A stretch of 64,000 bases of DNA. Origin: an uncultured Chloroflexia bacterium. Lineage in GTDB: Bacteria; Chloroflexota; Limnocylindria; QHBO01. Below the pieces are notes generated by a model that worked only from the letters and a program-made list of their open reading frames with translations, was not told the DNA's origin and did no database searches. The DNA is taken from the NCBI GenBank assembly GCA_963782015.1, contig CAWAHY010000004.1:1044633-1108632 (forward strand). The letters are read 5' to 3'. This document shows positions 10,186 to 18,243 of this stretch, one piece after another; the stretch's first letter is position 1, and each line of letters opens with the position of its first letter. The position numbers were made by a program, and so were the translations under genes.

Positions 10186-10989
10186 TCAGGCCGGGGCGGC
10201 CAGGTCGCGCCGCGGAAAGACGATCAGCGCGTAGACGACCGGGATGACGGTCGCGGCCGCCAGGAGCACGAAGTCGAGTGGGTCGGCGTCACCGGTCAGG
10301 ATCCTGCCCGGGTTGAAGTGGTGGAAGAGCGAGTACGGCTGCGACCACGCGACGTCGCGCCACAGCGAGCCGAGGATCTCGAGGAAGTAGTTGATCAGCA
10401 CGTAGGCCATCGTCAGGCCGAGAGCCGGCGAGTGGCGGTCGAAGCTGACCGATGCCGCCAGGCCGAAGGCCGCGAAGGCGGTCCACAGCAGCACGCCGTT
10501 GAGGAAGACGAGCGGCATCCAGCCGAGGCTCACCTCGCTCGTCAGGTTCTGGAGGGCCAGCCCGGCGATCTGGCCGATGAGCAGGGCGGCCACGATCGCG
10601 CCCACCAGGATCACCGCCGTGACCATCAGCGTCACGTACAGCTCGCGGCGCGCGATCGGCCTGGCCAGGAGGACCTCCAGCGTTCCCTGCTCGCGTTCCC
10701 CGGCCACGGCTCCGGCGGAGGCCCCGACCGCGAAGATCCCCACGAATGCGATCGCCAGCGGGTGTTCCAGCCCCAGGGTGAGGGCGCCCGGGACGGTGAA
10801 GAAGTTGCCCGACCCGAAGCTGAGCAGCTCCTTGGGGATGGTGCCGGACTCGGCGAGCTGCTTGAGCGCGTCGGAGAAGCCCACGTAGACGGTCGGGATC
10901 AGGAGGCCCCAGGCGAACGCGGCCAGGCCAACGGCCACCAGCCGGACGCGGCTCCAGCGCAGCGACTGGATCAGGAGGCGCATGTTCAT
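10186..10989 (-). CDS. ABC-2 family transporter permease
   Basis: 267-aa polytopic hydrophobic ORF with EREQGTLEVLLARPI, typical of ABC-2 permeases. ATGA overlap with the upstream ATPase gene. Confidence 0.7.
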   Translation of the reverse strand: MNMRLLIQSLRWSRVRLVAVGLAAFAWGLLIPTVYVGFSDALKQLAESGTIPKELLSFGSGNFFTVPGALTLGLEHPLAIAFVGIFAVGASAGAVAGEREQGTLEVLLARPIARRELYVTLMVTAVILVGAIVAALLIGQIAGLALQNLTSEVSLGWMPLVFLNGVLLWTAFAAFGLAASVSFDRHSPALGLTMAYVLINYFLEILGSLWRDVAWSQPYSLFHHFNPGRILTGDADPLDFVLLAAATVIPVVYALIVFPRRDLAAPA

Positions 10990-11918
10990 CCGCGCATCTC
11001 CTCGCTGGCCTCGTCTCCCGCGTAGTACTCCATGAACGCCTCCTCCAGGCGTGCCGGCTCGATCGTGAGGTCCTCGAGCGATGGAGAGGCGATCGCCCGC
11101 ACGAAGCCGGAGACGTCGCCCAGCAGGGTGGCGCTCATGCGGTTGCCGTCGACCTTCACGTCCGCGAGCCCCGGCACGCCACCAAGGTCCGGGGCCACGC
11201 CCCGCCAGCGCAGGTGCACCTTCCGCTTGCGCCGTTCCAGCAGGCCCTCGATGTTCTGCAGCGCCATCAGGTGGCCGGCCCGGATGATGGCCACGCGGTC
11301 GCAGAGGCGCTCCACCTCGGACAGGACGTGGCTGGAGAAGAAGATCGTGCGACCCTTCTTGCGCTGATCGTCCATCAGCGCGTAGAAGGCCTGCTGCATC
11401 AGCGGGTCGAGGCCCTCGGTCGGCTCGTCCAGGATGGCCAGCTCCGGATCGTGCTGGAGCGCCTGGATCACCCCGATCTTCTGCCGCATGCCCCGCGAGT
11501 AGTCACGCACCTTTCGGCGCAGGACCGATGCGGGCATCTGCAGCCGCTCGCACAGCTCCTCGCGCAATGGAGCGCCCTGGTCCTGGAGGTCGGCGAGGTA
11601 GCCCAGCGCATCGGCTCCGCTCAGCGAGTCGTACAGCGCGATGCCCCCGGGGAGATAGCCCGTTCGACGCCGGATCTCGACGGTGTCGGCCACGATGTCA
11701 AGGCCGAGCACGCTCGCCGATCCTTCGGTTGGATGCAGGAAGCCGAGCAGGGTGCGGATCAGCGTCGACTTGCCGGCGCCGTTCGGCCCCAGGAAGCCGA
11801 AGATCTCGCCGACCCGCACGTCCAGGGTCAGATCGACGAGGGCCCTGACGTTGCCATAGTGCTTGGTCAGGTCGTGCGTGGCGATCGCATCGGGGGCGCG
11901 CGGCGTCTCGGCTTGCAT
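10986..11918 (-). CDS. ABC transporter ATP-binding protein
   Basis: Walker A GPNGAGKSTL, signature-like YSRGMRQK, Walker B LAILDEPTEGLD. Confidence 0.9.
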   Translation of the reverse strand: MQAETPRAPDAIATHDLTKHYGNVRALVDLTLDVRVGEIFGFLGPNGAGKSTLIRTLLGFLHPTEGSASVLGLDIVADTVEIRRRTGYLPGGIALYDSLSGADALGYLADLQDQGAPLREELCERLQMPASVLRRKVRDYSRGMRQKIGVIQALQHDPELAILDEPTEGLDPLMQQAFYALMDDQRKKGRTIFFSSHVLSEVERLCDRVAIIRAGHLMALQNIEGLLERRKRKVHLRWRGVAPDLGGVPGLADVKVDGNRMSATLLGDVSGFVRAIASPSLEDLTIEPARLEEAFMEYYAGDEASEEMRG

Positions 11919-11957
11919 CGGCGCCCAATCTACTACGCGGACGGGTTCGCGGTGAGC

Positions 11958-13235
11958 TCAGCGGTGAATGCGCGTCGCTCGCCAGACGGACCGCAGCCCC
12001 ACCCGCTGGCCATACAGCAGGACGCCGGCCGAGTAGAGGCGTCCCGCGACCCACAGGGCACCGGCCAGGAAGGCGACCATCAGCGCCGCCGCCGCGGCCC
12101 ACTCCCATGGCGCGACGGTGGAGAGGAGGAGCCGCATCGGCAGCATGTAGGGGCTGAAGAACGGGACCAGCGAGAGCCACTGAACCCACGCCGCGTCGGG
12201 CACGTTCACAGCCGCGAACGCAGCGAAATAGCCGACCATGCCGACCACGATCATCGGTCCTACCACCTGCTGGACGTCCTCCTGGCGGCTCGCCACCGAC
12301 CCGAGGCCGGCGTACAGCAGCGAGTAGAGGGCGAAGCCGGTGACGAAGAAGCCACTGAACGGCGCCAGCACCCACAGGTTGATTCCCTCGAGCGAGGCGC
12401 CGCCCCCATCCCCGAGGACCAGCCGCGCGACGGTGCCCTGGAGCAGCAGGCCGGCGATCGCTGCCGCGACGACCGCCAGGTACTGGGTCAGCCCGGCGGC
12501 GCCCGTCCCCATCACCTTGCCGGCCAGCAGCTGGCGTGGCGTCGCGGCGGTGATGAGCAGCTCCATGACGCGGCTGCTCTTCTCCTCGGCGACGCTCGTC
12601 GCGACCCACTGGCCGTAGGTGAGCACCGCCATGAAGGTGAGGATCACCAATGCCATGGCGAGGACGTAGTCCGGCCCGAAGTTTTCCTCCGGGTTCTGCG
12701 CGTTGGGGTCGAGCGGGGTCACCTCGAACGGCGTCGGGGCGAAGATCTGGCCGACCTGCGACGGATCGACCCCGGCTCGCTCCAGTCGATCGCCGATGTT
12801 GATCTGCGTCGCCGCCTGGCGCACCGCGAAGAGTCGCTGGTCCGTCGGGCCGGCATCCGTCAGGGCGTCGAAGGAGAGCTCGCCATCCGCTCCGCGCGCG
12901 ACGGTTAGCAGGCCATCGATCGCGCCGGACCGGACCTCGGCCTCGGCTGCCGCTTCGTCATCGACGGCCTGGATGCGGTAGCGCGCCTCCCCGCTCGCGT
13001 TCAGGAGCTGGGTCATGGCGATGGCGGTCGAGGACTCCAGCTCCGCGTCGGCCGAATGGATGGCGATGGTCGTCGTCTCGTCGCCAACGATGAGGCGGCC
13101 CACGATCGGCAGCATCGCCAGCCCGAAGCCGATCAGGGCCAGCAGGATCGTGATGATGAGGAAGGTGCGGGTACGAACCCGCGTCACGTATTCGCGCCGG
13201 GCGATGTGCCACGCATTCGGGAAGAGGTCGATCAC
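11958..13235 (-). CDS. ABC-2 type transporter permease (NatB-like, large external loop)
   Basis: 425-aa ORF with an N-terminal TM helix, a soluble loop of about 150 aa, then five or more TM helices. 4-nt overlap with the upstream ATPase gene. Confidence 0.7.
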   Translation of the reverse strand: MIDLFPNAWHIARREYVTRVRTRTFLIITILLALIGFGLAMLPIVGRLIVGDETTTIAIHSADAELESSTAIAMTQLLNASGEARYRIQAVDDEAAAEAEVRSGAIDGLLTVARGADGELSFDALTDAGPTDQRLFAVRQAATQINIGDRLERAGVDPSQVGQIFAPTPFEVTPLDPNAQNPEENFGPDYVLAMALVILTFMAVLTYGQWVATSVAEEKSSRVMELLITAATPRQLLAGKVMGTGAAGLTQYLAVVAAAIAGLLLQGTVARLVLGDGGGASLEGINLWVLAPFSGFFVTGFALYSLLYAGLGSVASRQEDVQQVVGPMIVVGMVGYFAAFAAVNVPDAAWVQWLSLVPFFSPYMLPMRLLLSTVAPWEWAAAAALMVAFLAGALWVAGRLYSAGVLLYGQRVGLRSVWRATRIHR

Positions 13236-14203
13236 GCGTCACCGTCCCGGGCCGGTGCCTTGGCCGTCGTGGCGAGGTGGCGCTCCTCCTCGGCGGCGGC
13301 CGGGCGTCCGACATGCTCGATGAAGATCTCCTCCAGCGACGGCTCGCCGATCTCGAAGCGCGTCACGCGCGCATCGCGCTCGAGGGCGGCACGCAGAATC
13401 CGCTCGGGATCGAATCCCGCGGGCACGGCCAGCTCGACGAAGTCCTCGCGGCGCGCGGTGATCCGGACCCCGTCCATGCCGTCGAGCCAGTCGACGTCGT
13501 GTCCGTCGCCATCGGTCGCCAGTCGAACCACCTGCCGACCCATGGCGCGCTTCACGTCGCGAACCGCCCCGCTGACGACGACCTTGCCCGCGTCGATGAT
13601 CGCGATCGACTCGCACAGCTCCTCGACCGTCTCCATCTGGTGCGTGCTGAAGATGAGCGTCTTGCCGCGGTCGCGCATCTCGAAGAAGGCTTCCTTGAGG
13701 AGCTGCACGTTGACCGGGTCGAGGCCGCTGAAGGGCTCGTCCATGATCAGGACGGCGGGGTCGTGCAGGATCGCGGCGATGAACTGGATCTTCTGCTGGT
13801 TTCCCTTGGAGAGCTCCTCGACCTTGCGGTCGCGGTAGTCGGGGATGCGGAAGCGCTCCAGCCAGTCCTCGACCTCGGCCGTGGCGGCGGCGCCACCGAC
13901 CCCGTAGAGCGAGGCGAAGAAGGAGAGGACGTCGATCACCTTCATGCGCAGGTAGAGGCCGCGCTCCTCGGGGAGGTAGCCCCAGGTGCGCCGCGGCAGG
14001 TCGGTGTTGGCGCGCCCCTCCCAGGTGACGCTGCCGGCATCGGCCCGGAGGATGTCGAGGACGATCCGCATGCAGGTCGTCTTGCCGGCGCCGTTCGCTC
14101 CCAGCAGCCCGAAGATGCGCCCCGGCTCGACGCTGAAGCTGACTCCGTCGAGGGCCACGATCGGCCCGAAGCGCTTGGTGACGGAGTCGACGATGAGGCT
14201 CAT
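13232..14203 (-). CDS. ABC transporter ATP-binding protein (NatA-like)
   Basis: Start chosen at ATG 14203 (MSLIVDSVTKRFG); an alternative GTG lies at 14227. Walker A GANGAGKTT, signature LSKGNQQK, Walker B LIMDEPFSGLD. Confidence 0.9.
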   Translation of the reverse strand: MSLIVDSVTKRFGPIVALDGVSFSVEPGRIFGLLGANGAGKTTCMRIVLDILRADAGSVTWEGRANTDLPRRTWGYLPEERGLYLRMKVIDVLSFFASLYGVGGAAATAEVEDWLERFRIPDYRDRKVEELSKGNQQKIQFIAAILHDPAVLIMDEPFSGLDPVNVQLLKEAFFEMRDRGKTLIFSTHQMETVEELCESIAIIDAGKVVVSGAVRDVKRAMGRQVVRLATDGDGHDVDWLDGMDGVRITARREDFVELAVPAGFDPERILRAALERDARVTRFEIGEPSLEEIFIEHVGRPAAAEEERHLATTAKAPARDGDA

Positions 14204-14284
14204 GCGGCAGACGGAAATGTAGCCCACGGTCCAGCATCTCGCAGCGCCCGTCCCGGTTCCGACCCGGTGCTACACTCTGCTTCC

Positions 14285-14347
14285 CGAACCGCCAGGCGCC
14301 GACCGCTGCGGCGGTTCGTCGGTGTGACACCCTTTCGAACCGCCAGG
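14285..14347 (+). promoter_or_regulatory. pntAA leader: 12-nt direct repeat with a shared complementary segment (alternative hairpins)
   Basis: CGAACCGCCAGG occurs at 14285-14296 and again at 14336-14347. GGCGGTTCG at 14310-14318 is the exact reverse complement of the first 9 nt of both copies. The second copy runs into the AGGAA Shine-Dalgarno-like sequence about 8 nt before ATG 14358. Confidence 0.35.
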
Positions 14348-14357
14348 AACCGCCCCC

Positions 14358-15533
14358 ATGAAGATCGCCGTCCCACGCGAGACTGCGCCCGGAGAGACGC
14401 GCGTCGCGCTCACCCCCGCCGCCGTCATCGCGCTCCTGGCCGATGGCGTGGAGGTGGTCGTTCAGTCGGGCGCGGGCGATGCCTCGTTCATCAGCGACGA
14501 GGCGTTTCGCGAGTCCGGCGCCACGATCGTCCCTGACGCCGCCGCGCTCTACGGACAGGCCGATGTCGTGGTCCGCGTCGGCCGCCCCTCGGACGAGGAG
14601 AGCGGCATGCTGCGTTCGGGCATCATCCTGATCGGGACGCTCGGCACCCTCGCCAACCCGGCCCTTGCGCAGCGACTGGCCGAAGGCGGCGTCACCGCCA
14701 TCAGCATGGATTCGATCCCGCGCATCACGCGTGCGCAGAGCATGGACACCCTCTCCAGCCAGGCCACCGTGGGCGGCTACAAGGCGGTCCTGCTGGCGGC
14801 CGAGCGGCTGCCCAAGTTCATGCCGCTGCTGACCACCGCGGCGGGCACCGTCCGCCCCGCGCGCGGGATCGTGATGGGGGCCGGGGTGGCCGGCCTGATG
14901 GCGATCGGCACCGCCCGTCGCCTGGGCGCCGTGGTCGAGGCGACCGACGTGCGGCCGGTCGTCAAGGAGCAGGTCGAGAGCCTGGGCGGCATCTTCATCG
15001 AGGTCGAGATGACCGAGGAGGAGAAGGCCAACGCCCAGACCTCCGGCGGCTACGCCCGCGAGATGAGCGACGACTACAAGGCCCGGCAGGCCGCGCTCAT
15101 CGCCGAGCGGGTCAAGGAGGCGGACTTCGTGATCACCACCGCGCTGATCCCCGGCCGCCCCGCCCCGCGCCTGGTGACCGATGCGATGGTCGCCTCCATG
15201 AAGCCGGGGAGCGTCATCGTGGACATGGCGGCCGAGATGGGCGGCAACGTCGAGGGGACCGAGGCGGGCAAGGAGGTCGTGCGCCACGGCGTGACGATCA
15301 TCGGCCTCACGAACCTGCCGGCCACCATGCCGGGCAGCGCCACCGCCATGTACGCCCGCAACATGCAGACCCTGCTCAAGCACCTGATCAAGGACGGGTC
15401 GATCACCCTCGACTTCACCGATGAGATCACCCGCGGCGCGACCATCACCCACGGCGGCAAGGTCGTCAACGAGGCGACCGCCAAGGCGCTGGGGATCGAG
15501 CCGGCGGCGCCGGTCGCGGAGGCGGCATCGTGA
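14358..15533 (+). CDS. pntAA: NAD(P) transhydrogenase subunit alpha part 1
   Basis: MKIAVPRETAPGETRVALTP start, alanine-dehydrogenase/PNT fold, NAD-binding GAGVAGLMAIGTARRLGAVV. Confidence 0.95.
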   Translation: MKIAVPRETAPGETRVALTPAAVIALLADGVEVVVQSGAGDASFISDEAFRESGATIVPDAAALYGQADVVVRVGRPSDEESGMLRSGIILIGTLGTLANPALAQRLAEGGVTAISMDSIPRITRAQSMDTLSSQATVGGYKAVLLAAERLPKFMPLLTTAAGTVRPARGIVMGAGVAGLMAIGTARRLGAVVEATDVRPVVKEQVESLGGIFIEVEMTEEEKANAQTSGGYAREMSDDYKARQAALIAERVKEADFVITTALIPGRPAPRLVTDAMVASMKPGSVIVDMAAEMGGNVEGTEAGKEVVRHGVTIIGLTNLPATMPGSATAMYARNMQTLLKHLIKDGSITLDFTDEITRGATITHGGKVVNEATAKALGIEPAAPVAEAAS

Positions 15534-15587
15534 GCGAGGTCGCCGACGCTTCCCACCGAGGCGCTGCTCCAGGCGCTCTTCGTCTTC

Positions 15588-15848
15588 GTGCTCGCCGCCT
15601 TCGTCGGCTACGAGGTGGTGAGCAAGGTGCCGACCATGCTCCACACCCCGCTCATGTCGGGCGCCAACGCCGTGCACGGCGTGATCGTGGTCGGCGCGAT
15701 GCTGGTCGCGGCCTCCGCCGAGGGGCCGCTGCGGATCGTCCTCGCGCTGCTCGGCGTGATCCTGGGCACGATCAACGTGGTCGGCGGCTTCGTGGTCACC
15801 GACCGGATGCTCGAGATGTTCAAGCGCCGCCCGGACGCCAAGCCATGA
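15588..15848 (+). CDS. pntAB: NAD(P) transhydrogenase subunit alpha part 2 (membrane part)
   Basis: Contains FVGYEVVSKVPTMLHTPLMSGANAVHGVIVVGAM. The same frame is open upstream (PTEALLQALFVF) without a start codon. GTG 15530 overlaps the pntAA stop (GTGA) in another frame. The true N-terminus therefore probably starts at 15530 and crosses a frame break near CCC 15552-15554. Confidence 0.8.
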   Translation: MLAAFVGYEVVSKVPTMLHTPLMSGANAVHGVIVVGAMLVAASAEGPLRIVLALLGVILGTINVVGGFVVTDRMLEMFKRRPDAKP

Positions 15849-17260
15849 CGACGCTCCAGATCGTCACCTTCTTCGTCTACCTGGTCGGCTCGGTCACCTT
15901 CGTCCTCGGGCTGAAGTTCCTCTCCTCGCCGGTCTCGGCGCGGCGCGGCAACCGCCTGGCGGCGACCGGCATGGCGATCGTGGTCGGCTGGGTCTTCATC
16001 ACCGAGTTCCTGCTGCGCGACGGCGGGCTTGCCACGGTCTGGATCCTGGCGGTCGGCATCCCGGTGGGAGCGCTGGTGGGAGCCGTTGGCGCGCGCCGCG
16101 TCCCGATGACCGCGATGCCCCAGATGGTCGCCATCTTCAACGGCGCCGGCGGTGGGGCAGCGGCGCTCGTGGCCGCGGCGGAGTTCCTGCGCGACGCGGG
16201 CAGCAGCGGCCCGCTGCTGCCGGTCACCTTCATGGTGGCGACGCTGCTCGGCGCCGTCATCGGCTCGGTCTCGTTCACCGGCTCGATCATCGCCTTCGGC
16301 AAGCTGCAGGGGATCGTCTCCGGCCGCCCGGTCACCTACCCCGGCGACAAGATCGTGACCGGCGCGCTGCTGGCGGGGATCCTGGTGCTCGGCGTGGTCC
16401 TCACCCTGGTCACCAACAGCGTGCCGCTCTTCCTGCTCTTCGTGGCGCTCGCCCTGGTCCTGGGCGTGGCGGCGGTGATGCCGATCGGCGGGGCCGACAT
16501 GCCGGTGGTGGTCAGCCTGCTCAACGCCTACACCGGCATCGCGGTGGCCGCGACCGGGTTCGTGCTGAACAACTACGCCCTGCTCGTGGCCGGCACCCTG
16601 GTCGGCGCCTCGGGCACGATCCTCACCCAGCTGATGTGCCGGGCCATGAATCGGTCCATCTTCAACGTCCTCTTCGGCGCCTTCGGGACCGCCGGCGGCG
16701 CGGCAGCGGCCGGCGCCAGCGGCGACCAGGCAGTCCGCGAGATCAGCGCGGAGGACGCCGCCGTGCTGATGGCCTACGGCCGCAAGGTGATCATCGTCCC
16801 CGGCTACGGGATGGCCGTGGCGCAGGCCCAGCAGACGGTGCGCGAGCTGATGGACCTGCTGGTCGCGCGCGGCGTCGATGTGGAGTTCGCCATTCACCCG
16901 GTCGCCGGCCGCATGCCCGGCCACATGAACGTCCTGCTGGCCGAGGCCAACGTGCCGTACGACCGCCTCAAGGAGATGGACGAGATCAACGACGACTTCA
17001 CGAACGCCACGGTGGCGCTGGTGATCGGCGCCAACGACGTCACCAACCCGGCCGCCCGGACCGATACGACCTCGCCGATCTACGGCATGCCGATCCTCAA
17101 CGTGGACCAGGCCGAGCACGTGATCGTGCTGAAGCGCTCGATGGCCGCCGGCTTCGCCGGGATCGACAACCCGCTCTACGGCGATCCGCGGACGACCATG
17201 CTCTTCGGTGACGCCAAGAAGAGCGTCCAGGCGCTGGTGGCCGGAGTCAAGGCTGCCTAG
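15845..17260 (+). CDS. pntB: NAD(P) transhydrogenase subunit beta
   Basis: ATGA overlap with pntAB. Polytopic N-terminal half, then the dIII domain with VIIVPGYGMAVAQAQ and GANDVTNPAA. Confidence 0.95.
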   Translation: MTTLQIVTFFVYLVGSVTFVLGLKFLSSPVSARRGNRLAATGMAIVVGWVFITEFLLRDGGLATVWILAVGIPVGALVGAVGARRVPMTAMPQMVAIFNGAGGGAAALVAAAEFLRDAGSSGPLLPVTFMVATLLGAVIGSVSFTGSIIAFGKLQGIVSGRPVTYPGDKIVTGALLAGILVLGVVLTLVTNSVPLFLLFVALALVLGVAAVMPIGGADMPVVVSLLNAYTGIAVAATGFVLNNYALLVAGTLVGASGTILTQLMCRAMNRSIFNVLFGAFGTAGGAAAAGASGDQAVREISAEDAAVLMAYGRKVIIVPGYGMAVAQAQQTVRELMDLLVARGVDVEFAIHPVAGRMPGHMNVLLAEANVPYDRLKEMDEINDDFTNATVALVIGANDVTNPAARTDTTSPIYGMPILNVDQAEHVIVLKRSMAAGFAGIDNPLYGDPRTTMLFGDAKKSVQALVAGVKAA

Positions 17261-17279
17261 CCGTCGGCCTGCGTGCCGA

Positions 17280-17437
17280 TACCACGTATGGTGGTACAAG
17301 GACACCGATGTGCCCGGCATGCACGTGCTCTCACGTGCCGCTCGCACCACGTCTCGTGGTGAGCGACGCACGTGCCGCGGGCCAATCCGCCTGATGCGCG
17401 GCCGCGGTCCGCGCCGTTGATACTACCCCACGTGGTA
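17280..17437. promoter_or_regulatory. cluster of palindromic sites (motif family 1) between pntB and the HAD gene
   Basis: TACCACGTATGGTGGTA at 17280-17296 and TACTACCCCACGTGGTA at 17421-17437 both fit TACnAC-N5-GTnGTA. Two further perfect palindromes lie between them: GCACGTG-CTCT-CACGTGC (17321-17338) and CACCACG-TCT-CGTGGTG (17345-17361). Confidence 0.45.
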
Positions 17438-17466
17438 AGACGATCAGTGAGCGGCCAAGGTGGGTC

Positions 17467-18117
17467 GTGCTCGACGTCGGCGAGACGCTCATCGACGAGA
17501 CGCGCGTCTGGTCGCTGTGGGCCGACCTGCTCGGCGTTCCGCGCCTCACGTTCATGGCGGGGTTCGGCTCGCTCATCGCGCGGGGCGCCGAGTTTCGGGA
17601 CATCTTCGAGATGTTCGGGGCCTCCGACTGGCGCCTCCGCTGGCCAGAGCACGAGGCGCTGTACGGCGGCTTCCAGGCGGTTGACCTGTATCCCGACGCG
17701 CTCCCCGCCATCGCCGCGCTGCAGGCGCAGGGCTACCGGCTCGCGGTGATCGGCAACCAGCCGGCCATCCGGGGCGAGCAGCTGCGCTCCCTGGGCGTGG
17801 AGGTCGAGGTGATCGCGATGTCCGAGGCGATGGGCGTCTCCAAGCCGGCGCCGGCCTTCTTCGATCGGACGCTCGAGCTGATCGGCGCTCCGGACCCGGG
17901 GTCGGTCGCCTACGTCGGGGATCGGATCGAGAACGACGTCCTGCCGTCGACCGCCGCGGGGATGCGGGCGGTCTGGATCCGACGCGGGCCGTGGGGCGTC
18001 ATCCAGCGCGTCCCGGATGGGATGCGGCCGGCCCTGGTGGTCGGCTCCCTGGCCGAGCTTGCCGAGCGGATCGACGATGCCTGGTCGGGCTTGCCGGCCA
18101 GCGAGGCGAGCGACTAG
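17467..18117 (+). CDS. HAD-superfamily hydrolase
   Basis: 216-aa ORF (GTG start) with VLDVGETL (variant motif I), AVIGNQP (motif II), SKPAPAFF (motif III) and YVGDRIENDV (motif IV). Confidence 0.7.
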   Translation: MLDVGETLIDETRVWSLWADLLGVPRLTFMAGFGSLIARGAEFRDIFEMFGASDWRLRWPEHEALYGGFQAVDLYPDALPAIAALQAQGYRLAVIGNQPAIRGEQLRSLGVEVEVIAMSEAMGVSKPAPAFFDRTLELIGAPDPGSVAYVGDRIENDVLPSTAAGMRAVWIRRGPWGVIQRVPDGMRPALVVGSLAELAERIDDAWSGLPASEASD

Positions 18118-18243
18118 ACTCGGGCGGCCGCCGCTGCGGCACGGGCCGAGGACCGGGCCCCTATCGCCGGTCCTTGAGGTGGAGACTGCGCAACGCTGCG
18201 TGGTCTCCTTCGTTGTCTGCCGGAAGGTGAGGCGCCCAAGCCA

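Noticed and set aside
17280-17437. Idea that the paired family 1 sites are terminal inverted repeats of MITE-like elements
   Set aside because: The sequences between the paired sites in the three regions (124, 60 and 55 bp) share no similarity. No target-site duplications are visible. The sites are individually palindromic, so they do not define an element orientation.
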